In this document: piece by piece, positions 1-10,653 of the stretch | How the letters are laid out: each line of letters opens with the position of its first letter | How positions within the stretch are numbered: position 1 is the stretch's first letter | Assembly: GCA_963845755.1 (NCBI GenBank) | Contig: CAWJTV010000011.1 | Span: forward strand, 544,001 to 608,000 | DNA from: an uncultured Planctomycetota bacterium | GTDB lineage: Bacteria > Planctomycetota > Planctomycetia > Isosphaerales > Isosphaeraceae | Reading direction: 5' to 3' | DNA: 64,000 bases | The notes under the pieces: model-generated | What the model was told of the DNA's origin: nothing | Database searches by the model: none | What the model saw: the letters and a program-made list of their open reading frames with translations, nothing else | Program-made: the position numbers and the translations under genes

Positions 1-1227
1 GTTTCGCACGTGGCCTGGAGCGCCGACGGCCGGTTCGTCTCGGCCTCGGGCCAGGGCCGCAAGATCTTGACCTGGCAGATCCAGGCCCAGGACGAGCATC
101 TCACGCTCAAGGGGACTGACGAGGCGACCTGGGCCGGGCCGACCTCGGCGGCGAGTGCGAATCGGTTCGCCGCCGCCTTCGAGACGAAGCGAGGGCTCGG
201 GAAGACCGAGATCAAGGTCTGGGATCAGGCGGGTCAGGTGCTGTTCCAAACGACCGAACCCGCCCTAAACGGTCCCAGGATCAGCCTTACTCGTCGAGCG
301 GTCCAACTCAGTCGCGACGGCACCCGACTGGCGTACCACGCAACTTACCAGTCTCGAGCCGATGGGGCCGAAAAGAGGGTCGTTCAGATCCGGGCCTGGC
401 ACATCGTTACAGGTCGAAGCATATTCCATCGCGACCGCGAAGAGATCATTGCCCGCGACCTGGATCTCAATTCCGACGTCGTTGCCCTCAGTTCCGATGG
501 ACGGCTTCTGGCGACGGTTGCGGCCAGAGGGCCCTTATCGTCGGCAAGTTCAACGCTTTCCGTCTGGGAGCTCGATTCGGGCGAAGAGCGCCTCCATCGA
601 GATCTGGATGGGGTCTTCCTGCAAACGATCGTCTTCAGCCCCGACGGCCGCCGAGTCGCGGGCACATTCTGGCCTCAACCCGGGGTGCCTCAGGCTTCTG
701 GGCTTCTTCGAGCCTGGGATGTCGCGACGGGCCAGGTGGTCCTGAGCCGTAAATGGGACGAGCACTCTGCCGGCGAGCCCTCCTATAGTGGAGACGGCCG
801 ATGGTTGGCATTGCCATTGAGGAAGAGAGACGGTGGCGGTGTGATCAAGGTCCTCGAGGCCGCCAGCGGCGAGGAGCGTCACTCGCTCACCAGTCATGGC
901 TTTGGGTTCGGGAGGGTGACCTTCAGCCCCGACAGTCGGCGACTTGCCTCCTTCGACATCTCACAGGTCTTTGCTTTCCATCCGTCCGACGTCAAGCTCT
1001 GGGACCTCGCCGTGGGGAAGGAACTGCTGACCTTCTCGACGAAAGCGATCGAGCAACCTTCTCTGGAAAGGGCGATGTCTTTTCCGGCAAGGAGCCTCTC
1101 GTTCAGTCCGGACGGCAACCGCCTGTTCTACGTCGTCGGCAGCTATGGTCGCGAAGCCACGGTGCATGTTTGGGACGCCACCCCGCTGCCGGACGAGAAG
1201 GCCGAAGCCTCGCCACGACTACCCTGA
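1..1227 (+). CDS. WD40-repeat protein, 3' part only (probably the tail of a Ser/Thr kinase-WD40 protein starting upstream of the window)
   Basis: Repeated FSPDG..LA / W[DE] WD40 motifs. Colinear paralog of the tail at 4525-5716 (HVAWSADGR...VWDATP). Frame is open from base 1. Confidence 0.85.
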   Translation, partial: VSHVAWSADGRFVSASGQGRKILTWQIQAQDEHLTLKGTDEATWAGPTSAASANRFAAAFETKRGLGKTEIKVWDQAGQVLFQTTEPALNGPRISLTRRAVQLSRDGTRLAYHATYQSRADGAEKRVVQIRAWHIVTGRSIFHRDREEIIARDLDLNSDVVALSSDGRLLATVAARGPLSSASSTLSVWELDSGEERLHRDLDGVFLQTIVFSPDGRRVAGTFWPQPGVPQASGLLRAWDVATGQVVLSRKWDEHSAGEPSYSGDGRWLALPLRKRDGGGVIKVLEAASGEERHSLTSHGFGFGRVTFSPDSRRLASFDISQVFAFHPSDVKLWDLAVGKELLTFSTKAIEQPSLERAMSFPARSLSFSPDGNRLFYVVGSYGREATVHVWDATPLPDEKAEASPRLP

Positions 1228-1324
1228 AGCGACCCGGTGGATTACCCTGGATGTCGACGCTCCGTGCTCTGGTGTCGATCCATGGCCGCGGCGCCCTTGG
1301 GTTGGTCCGGAACGGCCTCCACCG

Positions 1325-1897
1325 ATGAACGAAGTGACGCGGATCCTCGAAGCGATCGACCAGGGCGAGCCCGGCGCCGCCGATCGGCTCTTGCCGCTGG
1401 TCTACGATGAACTGCGCAAGCTGGCCGCCACGCGTCTCGCCCGGGAAAAACCCGGCCAGACGCTCCAGGCGACGGCCCTGGTCCACGAAGCCTATCTGCG
1501 CCTGGTGGCTGGTGACGACCCGAAGCCGTGGAACAGTCGCGGTCACTTCTTTGGCGCGGCGGCCGAGGCCATGCGGCGGATCCTCGTCGAGAACGCCAGG
1601 CGAAAACGGCGCGTAAAGCACGGTGGTGCTCAGCATCGGGTCGATCTGAACGAGGCCGTCCTCTCGACTGACGGTCCGGCGGAAGAGCTGCTGGCCGTCG
1701 ACGAGGCGCTCGAGCGCCTCGCCGTCGAGGAACCGCAGGCTGCCGAGCTGGTCAAGCTGCATTACTTCGCCGGGCTGACCGTCGAGGAAGCGGCCGAAGT
1801 GCTTGGCGTATCGGCCAGAAAAGGCTATCGGATCTGGGCTTACGCGAGAGCCTGGCTCTTCCGCTACCTGGGTAGTGAGCAAGCGTGTGGAGACTAA
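1325..1897 (+). CDS. ECF sigma factor, Planctomycete kinase-associated type (TIGR02999-like)
   Basis: MNEVTRILEAIDQG..AADRLLPLVYDELRKLAA, TLQATALVHEAYLRL, HFFGAAAEAMRRILVE and a C-terminal region-4 HTH. Confidence 0.93.
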   Translation: MNEVTRILEAIDQGEPGAADRLLPLVYDELRKLAATRLAREKPGQTLQATALVHEAYLRLVAGDDPKPWNSRGHFFGAAAEAMRRILVENARRKRRVKHGGAQHRVDLNEAVLSTDGPAEELLAVDEALERLAVEEPQAAELVKLHYFAGLTVEEAAEVLGVSARKGYRIWAYARAWLFRYLGSEQACGD

Positions 1898-1989
1898 ATC
1901 CCGAAAACTCGGCTGACGTGGCAGTGATTCGTTCGGGATGTCGCACTGGGTTGGTGAGGTCATCAGAATCCCCTTGGGAGGACCAGACG

Positions 1990-4900
1990 ATGAATGCCAC
2001 CAGCCCCGATGTGAAATCGATCTTCGGCCGGGCCCTGGAGATGGAATCCGCGGCCGAGCGGTCCGCCTTCCTGAGCGCGGCCTGCGCGGCGGACCCCGCG
2101 CTCTGCGCAGAGGTCGAAGACCTGCTCCGCGCCATGGAGGGCGCCGGCGATTTCATGAACCGGCCGGCGGCGACGGGCTCGGTCACGATCGCCCATGCCC
2201 CGATCCTGGAAGGCCCCGGTACGAGGATCGGCCCGTACAAGCTCTTGCAGCAGATCGGCGAGGGGGGCATGGGTGTCGTCTACATGGCCGAGCAGGAGAC
2301 GCCCGTCCGGCGCAAGGTGGCGCTCAAGATCATCAAACCGGGGATGGACAGCGCCCAGGTCGTCGCCCGGTTCGAAGCCGAGCGCCAGGCGCTGGCCGTG
2401 ATGGACCACACCCACATCGCCAGGGTCTTCGACGCCGGCACCACCGAGACCGGCGCCCGTACTTCGTCATGGAGCTGGTCCATGGTGTACCGATCACCAA
2501 GTTCTGCGACGATGCCCAGCTCACACCACGCGAGCGCCTCGAGCTGTTCGTACCGGTCTGCCAGGCGATCCAGCACGCGCACCAGAAGGGGATCATCCAC
2601 CGCGACATCAAGCCGTCGAATGTGCTCGTGACGATGTACGACGACCGGCCGGTGCCCAAGGTGATCGACTTCGGCGTGGCCAAGGCGATCGAGCAAAGAC
2701 TGACCGAGCGGACGCTGTTCACCCAGTTCGGCGCCCTGGTCGGCACGTTCGAGTACATGAGCCCCGAACAGGCCGAGATGAACGCCTTCGGCGTCGATAC
2801 ACGGAGCGACATCTATTCGCTGGGGGTGTTGCTCTACGAGCTGCTGACCGGCACGACGCCGCTGGAGAAGCAACGGCTGCGCGAGGCGGCCCTTGGTGAG
2901 ATGGTGCGGCTGATCAAGGAGGAGGAGCCGCCGCGTCCGAGCGTGCGGCTGAGCAGTTCCGGCGACCTGCCCAAGATCGCCGCGGCGCGGAAGACGGAAC
3001 CAGCGCGACTGTCCAAGCTGGTGCGCGGCGAAGTCGACTGGATCGTGATGAAGTGCCTGGAAAAGGACCGGACGCGACGGTACGAGACCGCCAGCGGGCT
3101 GGCCAAGGACGTCGAGCACTACCTGCACGACGAGTCGGTGGAGGCATGCCCGCCGTCGGCCGGCTACCGGCTCCAGAAGTTCGCGCGCAAGAACAAGCGG
3201 TGGCTGGCGACCGCGACGGTCATCGCCGTGCTGCTGGCGCTCAGTGCGGCCGATGGCGCCTGGCTGCTCCTGCGCACCGCGCGGGCCGAGCGTCAAGCGA
3301 TGGAGGCCCTCAAGCGGGCGATGCAAGAGGCCGCCAACGCCGCCCAGGCCCAGAAGGACGCCTTGCGTCAGAGGGACCTGGCCACGGCCCAGCGTCAAAC
3401 GGCCGAGGACGCGAGGCAATCGGTGCGGCGGTCGCTGTACGCCTCGGACATGCAACTGGCCGAGGAAGCCTGGGAGTCGGGCGATATCCCTCGAATGCGC
3501 GACCTGCTGGAGGAACATCGGCCGCGGCCGGGCACGCCCGACCTGCGCGGCTTCGAGTGGCATTACCTGCGCGGGCTGGGCACGACCGTCCACATCGCCA
3601 AGCTGGCCCAGGACTCGACCTTCGGACAGCTCAGTCTCGATGGAACGCACTACGTCTACGTGGGCATGCTCTTCCCGCATCATGAGCCGGATGCGGGCAA
3701 GAAGCTCGAGCTGAAGCTGGTGGATGTCACCTCGGGCCGGACGGTGCGCCAGATCGTCCCCTTCCCGGACGAGACGATGAGCAACGTCCATGTTCCGCTC
3801 ACGTTCAGCCCCGACGGCAAGCGTTTCCTCGCCATGATGCGCGTCACCGACAAGTCGGGCCGCAGCGCTTGGCGGATCAAGGTCTTCGATTGGGAGACCG
3901 GTCGCGACATGTGCACGCTCGCCGATCTCGGCGGAGTGCCGGGCGCCGCGGCCTTCGACCATTCGGGCGGGAGGCTGGCCGTGGTGACCCTCCGGCAGGA
4001 GGGCCAGGCGGGTAGCGACCTGAGGATCTGGGATCTCGCCAGCGGCCGGCAACGCCTGGCGATTGCCTTGCCGGGCCGGCACATCGTACACCTCCATTCG
4101 GTGGCGTTCAGCCCCGATGGAACCCGCCTCGCGACGCTGACGAAGCCGGTCGGCCCCGAAGCCTCTCGGTCCGCGGGCGAAGTCCGCGCCTGGGACGCCG
4201 CTTCGGGTGCGGAGTGGCTGCGTTTCGAGACCGGGCCGGCCTCGGCCGGCCTGGCGTATAGCCCCGACGGCAAGTGGCTGGCGGAAATCAGCGTCGGCGG
4301 GGCCTCGCACCGGCTACGAGATGCCGGATCGGGGAAGGAGGTCCTCGAGCTCACCACGGCCCCGAGCGCCGGGATCTCCTTTTCGGTCGCCTTCAGCCCC
4401 GACGGCTCGCGGCTGGCCGTCAGTTCGCAGGATAGCAAGGTGCGGATCTGGAACGTCACGGACGTCGAGACCGGAGGCGGCCGCGCTGCCGACCGCATCC
4501 TGGATGGAAAGATCACGTTGCTGGACCACGTGGCCTGGAGTGCCGACGGCCGGCAGGTGTTCGCGTCCAGTGACAATGGCGCGGTCATGTCGTGGCCGGT
4601 CACCGCGCGCAGCCGCAAGTCGCGGTGAGGGGGTCGGGCCCGACCGAGCGGGTTACGGCGACCGCGGCCGCCGCCAACTCGCGGTTCGCTGCCGCGTTCG
4701 AAGCTCCCGGCGGGATGACCGTCCTGAAGGTCTGGGATGAGGCCGGCCATGTCCGTTTCACGACGGATGTCGCCTCGGCGGGCTACGGCTCGCCTCTCAT
4801 GGACCCCAAGAAGGTCGTGCTCAGCCGCGACGGTAGCCGTGTGGCCTACCACGGCTGGGATCCGCGCCAGGCGGACGGGCCGCCGAAGAAGATCGGCCGG

Positions 4901-5716
4901 CTGCGCGTCTGGGACGTCGCAACGGGCCGAGAGGTGTTCCACCGCGAGGGCGAACTCGAGAGGGGCCTCTTGTATCACGCGGCCTTCAGTCCCGACGGGC
5001 GACGGCTGGCCACGTCATGGAACGTGTGGAAAGACTCCCAGCCGGAGCGAAAGCACTGGGAGTTCCAGGTCTCGATCTGGGACATCGAGACGGGCCAAGA
5101 ACGGTTGCACCTGGATCTGCCGTTGCCGACGACTCTAGCGTTCAGTCCCGACGGGCGACGGCTCGCGGGCGGGCTGTCCTCTTCCTGGTCGAGCCCGGGG
5201 CGGGAGAGCGAGGTCCGGGTCTGGGACGCCGCGACGGGCGAGACGTTCCTGACCCGGAAGTTCGCGCACGGCCTGATCGACGCCGTGACCTACAACGGCG
5301 ATGGCACGTTGCTGGCTGCGGCCGTCGGCAACGTGGGCGACGCCGGAGTGATCAAGGTGCTCGACGCCGCCAGCGGCCGGGAGCGGCTGTCGTTCGCCGG
5401 TCATCGCTACATGATCTGGAAGCTGGCGTTCAGCCCCGACGGCCACCGGCTGGCCTCGCTGGCCTCGTTCCCGATGCAAGTGGCGGAGGTGAAGCTGTGG
5501 GACCTCGCCGGCGGCCGGGAGCTGTTGACCCTGAATCCGACCGGAGTCAACCTGGTCGGGAGCAACGGTTCCGGGAATAGCGGATTCGCCTTCAGCCCCG
5601 ATGGTCATCGCCTGTCTTATCTTCCCGGCGGGTCGAGGCGCGACGCCGAGGTGCAGGTCTGGGATGCCACGCCAATGCCGGACGAATCGGCCGCGGTCTC
5701 CGGTCGCCTGCGATGA
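1990..5716 (+). CDS. Ser/Thr protein kinase with TM segment and C-terminal WD40 repeats (frameshifts near 2455 and 4610)
   Basis: [25 protein letters not shown] and YMSPEQ motifs; hydrophobic segment; LRGFEWHYL linker; many WD40 repeats. Pieces join across ORFs 1885-2631, 1938-4628 and 4592-5716. Confidence 0.9.
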
Positions 5717-5808
5717 ACCACCGGCCGGAGACGTCTCGCCGCTCGATGATCTCCCGGGATAGAATGGAAGGAGAGACGATTTGCGGGTTAATGAGAGAGA
5801 CTCGATCC

Positions 5809-6107
5809 ATGAATGAGGCCACGACACTCGAACTGCCGGACGAACTCTACGAGGTCTTCCGACACCAGGCAGCCTTGATGGGAAAAACCCCGGAAGAGCT
5901 GGCGGCAGAATGGATGGCGCGCAATGGGCCGAAGCCTCGGCGACACCGGGACGATCCGGCGCACGCGCGGCTTTGGAGCAACTGCGGCGGTATGCGGGAG
6001 CGGTTGACAGCAGTAATCCCCAATCCGCCGATAACGAGGTGATCGACGCCGATCTCGCCCGAGAATCGGCCGGCCGGTGCGATTCCTCCTCCGAGGAACC
6101 GTCCTGA
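5809..6107 (+). CDS. Probable antitoxin (RHH-like, VapB partner); frameshift near 5960
   Basis: MNEATTLELPDELYEVFRHQA..GKTPEELA, then ..GAVDSSNPQSADNEVIDADLARE. Its stop overlaps the PIN gene start (TGATG). Confidence 0.65.
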
Positions 6108-6502
6108 TGCTCCTCGACACCTCGGGCTTGTTTTGCTACTTCGACGCCAGCGAGACGCGTCACCACGACGCCGTGACGTATTTTTACACGGCCCCGGCCC
6201 GGTTAGTGCACAGCGACGTCCTGGCCGAGTTCACCCCCTTTGCCAGGTCCGTGGCCTCGATCGAGTCAGAGCGCTGGCCTTCGTGGCGGACCTCATCGAT
6301 AACCCCGAGGTCAACATCGTCTGGGTTGACGAGTATCTCCATCGCGCCGCACTCGCGTTCCTGCAGGCGCGACCCGACAAGGCCTATTCACTTTGTGACG
6401 CTGTCAGTTTCTTGCTGATGAAGTCATGGGGAGTTCGACGAAGCCCTGACCACCGATCATCACTTCCAACAGGCCGGGTTCGTCCGACTCCTCTCCACAT
6501 AG
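6107..6502 (+). CDS. vapC: PIN-domain toxin (VapC-like); frameshifts near 6240 and 6440
   Basis: MLLDTSG, VLAEF, YSLCDAVSF and ALTTDHHFQQAGF give the conserved PIN acidic motifs. Confidence 0.85.
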
Positions 6503-6581
6503 GCATAGTTAACCGGCACGACATCGCGAACTCACTGGGCAGACCATTCGCGCCAATGGAGAATCCATGGGCTGATGAACG

Positions 6582-6882
6582 GCTTCAGCCCCCGACGGGC
6601 GGCGGCTGGCCTCGGTCCCCAGGCGAGCCGCGGGTGTGAATCTGTGGGACACTGCCGGAGGCCGCGAGTTGTTGACCCTGAAGACCGCCGGAATCGACCT
6701 GGTCGGGAGTAACGGCCTCAGCAATAGTGGCTTCGCATTCAGCCCCCATGGGCATCGCCTGTTTTATCTTCCCGGGGGCTCGCGCCGCGATGCCGAGGTC
6801 CAGGTCTGGGACGCCACGCCGCTGCCGGACCAGCGCGGCCGAGGACTCCGGTCCTCGCTGATGAGCCGCCGGCCGGTTACGA
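6582..6882 (+). pseudogene. Orphan diverged copy of the 3' end of the upstream kinase-WD40 gene
   Basis: [63 protein letters not shown] matches 5490-5690. Similarity extends past the original stop codon. Confidence 0.85.
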
Positions 6883-7113
6883 CTCACCTCACTGCCAGGA
6901 CCGGGGCGGGATGATCGGCTGGTGATCTTCCCGAATGCGGCTGGCACGCCGTTGGCCAATCTACGGCTACCGCCGGCTGGGGGAAGGCTGTCCCCTCCAG
7001 GTCGTTTGTGCGAGAATTTGACCGGCCCGTCGCGCGACCCGGCTGGATGCCGCCGATGATGGTATGTCTCGAGATCCCGCCGATGCGCCGCGCCCCGGCC
7101 GGGAGACCCATCG

Positions 7114-10100
7114 ATGGCCGCCGACGCCGATCGCCACCTCCTCTTTGGTCTACTCGCCTTGCAGAACGGCCTGATCGACCAGGCACAGCTGGTGGCCGCC
7201 TTCCAGTCGTGGACCCGCGACAAGGACCGACCGCTGGCCGACCATCTCGTGGATCTGGGCTACCTCGACCGAGCGCACTGCCCGCTCCTCGAAGGCCTGG
7301 CCGCTGTTCACCTCGCCCGCCACGGCGGCAACGCCGAGCAGAGCGTGGCGGCCATCCCAGCCGGCAAGTCCACGCGCGAGAGCCTGGCCAGGATCGGCGA
7401 TCCCGACCTGGTCGGCACGCTGGCCCGGGTCGGCCCGCGCTCAACCCTGCAAGACGATGACGGTGATGCCGACCGCACGGCCTCGTACTCCGTCGGCGCG
7501 GCCACCAGCGACGGCCAGCGGTTCCGCGTGTTGCGGCCCCATGCCCGGGGCGGCCTGGGGGCCGTCTTCGTGGCGCTGGACACCGAGCTGCACCGCGAGG
7601 TGGCGCTGAAGCAGATCCTCGACCACCACGCCGACGACCGGGTCAGCCGCCAGCGGTTCCTCCTGGAGGCCGAGGTCACCGGCGGGCTGGAGCACCCGGG
7701 CATCGTGCCCGTCTACGGCCTGGGCAACTATGGCGATGGCCGGCCCTATTACGCCATGCGGTTCATCAAGGGGGACAGCCTCAAGGAGGCCATCGAGCAG
7801 TTCCACGCCGATGAGTCGTTGAAGAACCAGCCCGGGAGGCGCTCGCTGGAGCTGCGCAAGCTGCTCCGTCGTTTCACCGACGTCTGCAACGCGATCGACT
7901 ACGCGCATTTGCGCGGCGTGTTGCATCGGGATATCAAGCCGGGCAACATCATCGTCGGCAAGCATGGGGAGACCCTCGTGGTCGACTGGGGTCTGGCCAA
8001 GGCCCGAGGGCGCGCCGACGTCGCCGAGTCCAGCGATGAGCGACCGCTCTTGCCCAGCTCGGCCAGCGGCTCGGCCGAGACGCTGCCGGGTAGTGCGCTG
8101 GGCACACCCGCCTACATGAGTCCGGAGCAGGCCGCCGGCGAGCTCGACCGTCTGAGCCCGCGGTCGGATGTCTACGGCCTCGGGGCCACGATGTACTGCC
8201 TGCTGACGGGAAAGGCGCCATTCGAGAATGACGATATCGGCGAAATGCTCCGCCAGGTCCGCAAAGGCGAGTTCCCGCCGCCGCGAGCGATCGACCCGGC
8301 GATCGACCGCGCCCTGGAGGCCGTCTGTCTGAAGGCGATGGCCACGAAACCGGAGGATCGTTACGGTTCGTGTCGTGCACTGGCCGACGACATCGAGCGC
8401 TGGATGGCCGACGAGCCGGTCACGGCATGGTCGGAGCCGTGGACGCGGACGCTCTTGCGCTGGCTAACCCGGCACCGGGTCGGTGTGACGGCGGCCGCGG
8501 TGGCGGGCCTGGTCGCACTGGTCGGCCTTGCTGCCGTCGCCGCCACGCAGGCGCAAGGCCGCGCGGCACTCGAGATCAAGAACCGCGAGCTGGCCGATGC
8601 CAACGCGAAGGTGCAGGCGCGCTACGACCTGGCCGTCGACGCCATCAAGACGTATTACACGGGGGTCAGCGAGGATTTTCTCCTCAGGGAGGATAAGTTC
8701 AAGGACCTTCGCAACCGGCTCTTGAAGTCGGCTGCCGACTTCTACGGCAAGCTCGGCGCGCTGCTGGGCAAGGAGAAGGATTTCGTCTCGCGGCGTGCGC
8801 TGGTGGCCTCGAACTTCGAGTTGGCCGACTTGACCGACAAGGTCGGCCGCAAGGAGGATGCGCTAGCGGCACACCGCGCGGTTCTCGCAGCGAGGGAGAC
8901 GCTGGCGGCCGAGCCCGGGACGGACGCTGCGACCAAGGCCGAAGTCGGTTTGAGCTTGACGGCGATCGCCACCTTGCTGACTTCGACCGAGCGGACGGAC
9001 GAGGCGCTGGCGACTTTTCGCCGGGCGGAGTCGCTGCTGGCGGGCCTGGCGGAGTCCGAACCATCGGCGCGGGCTGCGCTGGCGGCCTGCCGAATTGAGC
9101 TAGGTTTTCTCCTGTACCTTACGGGCAAGTCGGCCGAGGCACTGGCGGTCTACAAGATGGCGCTAGCCGATCAGGAGGCGCTGGCCGCCGCCCATGACGC
9201 CTCGAACGACGTGCGCCACGGATTGGCGCACACGCACCGGCGCATTGGCGTCCTGCTCATGAACATGGACAAGCTGGTGGACTCGGAAACCGAGCTCCGC
9301 GCGGCCATGGCGATCTACCAGAAGCTGGCCGACGACAACCCCGATGTCATCGAATTCCGCAGCTCCCTGGCGTACAGCCACTACCTTGTTGCCACCGTGC
9401 TCATGAAAACGCACCGCCCGGCGGTGGCCGAGTACCGCGCGGCCCTGGCGATTCAGCAGGAGGTGGTCGCCGACAATCCCGCCGTCACCTCATTCCGCAG
9501 GTTCCTGGCGATGAGCCACCTCGACGTTGCCACCGCGTTGCAATTTGCGGGTGAGTCGAGCGCGGCGGAGGCCGAGCTCCGCACGGCGAGGGAGACTCTT
9601 CAGAAGCTAGCCGACGACAACCCCGACGTCACCACATTCCGCATGTACCTCGCGCAATCGTACGACAGCCTCTCCAGCCTGTTGTCGGAGGAGGGCAAGT
9701 CGGCGGAGGCGGAGGTCGCGGCCCGCACGGCCGTGGCGATCCTGCGAATGGTGGTCGACGACAGCCCCGACGTCGGCACCTACCGTTTCAACCTGGCGCT
9801 GAGTCACAACGGCCACGGCTGGCTGCTGTCGCAGACGGGCCGGCCGTCAGAGGCGGAGCCCGTGTACCGCGAGGCGCTGGCGATTCTTCAGAAGGTGGCC
9901 GATGAGGACCCGAAGGTCCTGAGTCATCGACAGAACGCAGCCAATGTCGGCAACAATCTCTCGACGGTACTCCGCCGGCTCGGCCGCCCGGCCGAGGCCC
10001 GCGAGCAGTGCGAGCGAGCCCTCACCATTATGGAGGACCTGGCCCGAGAGGACCCCGGGGCGACGAGATACCGCGACGGCCTGGCAGAGTGCTACCTCAG

Positions 10101-10653
10101 CCGCAGCCTGATCCGACGTGCCCTGGGCGACCCCGCCGGCGCCGCGGCCGACGCCCGTCGGGCGGTGGCGCTGTTCGACGCCCTGCCGCCGCGGTCGGGC
10201 GAGCGAACGTTCTTGTCCGCGTGTGCCCACGCCGCGCTGGCCGGCCTGGCCGGTCGCGATGGCTCGGGCGTGGCGGCCGCCGAGGCAACGTCCGAGGCCG
10301 AGACGGCCGTGGCCCGGCTCCACAAGGCCGCCGGCGTGGGCTACCGCAACCCCGACGCCTACCGCACCGAGGACGCCCTCGACCCGCTCCGCGGACGGCC
10401 CGACTTCCAGTTGCTGATCATGGACCTGGCCATGCCGGCCGAGCCGTTCGCCGGCCCCCACCGAGACCCGGCGGGCGGCTGGGAGACCTCCGGTCCGGCC
10501 CGCGGCGGCGACTCTTCGGGTACCCGGAGACCCGTGCCTAGCGCGGCGCGTGCGCAACGCAACCGATCGGCGCTCTCAATTCACTTTTCGGCCACCTCGA
10601 GGGCGACCGAGTCCAGCCACGCGCAACCCACTCCGACCAGCGCCAGTCCGTAG
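7114..10653 (+). CDS. Ser/Thr protein kinase with TM segment and TPR repeats (true C-terminus probably near 10470)
   Basis: ARGGLGAVF, VALK, HRDIKPGN, VDWGLAK and YMSPEQ motifs, followed by TPR-like helical repeats and the family tail DALDPLRGRPDFQLLIMDLAMPAEPF. Confidence 0.92.
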   Translation: MAADADRHLLFGLLALQNGLIDQAQLVAAFQSWTRDKDRPLADHLVDLGYLDRAHCPLLEGLAAVHLARHGGNAEQSVAAIPAGKSTRESLARIGDPDLVGTLARVGPRSTLQDDDGDADRTASYSVGAATSDGQRFRVLRPHARGGLGAVFVALDTELHREVALKQILDHHADDRVSRQRFLLEAEVTGGLEHPGIVPVYGLGNYGDGRPYYAMRFIKGDSLKEAIEQFHADESLKNQPGRRSLELRKLLRRFTDVCNAIDYAHLRGVLHRDIKPGNIIVGKHGETLVVDWGLAKARGRADVAESSDERPLLPSSASGSAETLPGSALGTPAYMSPEQAAGELDRLSPRSDVYGLGATMYCLLTGKAPFENDDIGEMLRQVRKGEFPPPRAIDPAIDRALEAVCLKAMATKPEDRYGSCRALADDIERWMADEPVTAWSEPWTRTLLRWLTRHRVGVTAAAVAGLVALVGLAAVAATQAQGRAALEIKNRELADANAKVQARYDLAVDAIKTYYTGVSEDFLLREDKFKDLRNRLLKSAADFYGKLGALLGKEKDFVSRRALVASNFELADLTDKVGRKEDALAAHRAVLAARETLAAEPGTDAATKAEVGLSLTAIATLLTSTERTDEALATFRRAESLLAGLAESEPSARAALAACRIELGFLLYLTGKSAEALAVYKMALADQEALAAAHDASNDVRHGLAHTHRRIGVLLMNMDKLVDSETELRAAMAIYQKLADDNPDVIEFRSSLAYSHYLVATVLMKTHRPAVAEYRAALAIQQEVVADNPAVTSFRRFLAMSHLDVATALQFAGESSAAEAELRTARETLQKLADDNPDVTTFRMYLAQSYDSLSSLLSEEGKSAEAEVAARTAVAILRMVVDDSPDVGTYRFNLALSHNGHGWLLSQTGRPSEAEPVYREALAILQKVADEDPKVLSHRQNAANVGNNLSTVLRRLGRPAEAREQCERALTIMEDLAREDPGATRYRDGLAECYLSRSLIRRALGDPAGAAADARRAVALFDALPPRSGERTFLSACAHAALAGLAGRDGSGVAAAEATSEAETAVARLHKAAGVGYRNPDAYRTEDALDPLRGRPDFQLLIMDLAMPAEPFAGPHRDPAGGWETSGPARGGDSSGTRRPVPSAARAQRNRSALSIHFSATSRATESSHAQPTPTSASP

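Noticed and set aside
10470..10653. Functional overlap between the kinase-TPR C-terminus and the esterase gene
   Set aside because: Sequence after the family's usual terminal motif is low-complexity and probably reflects a lost stop codon.
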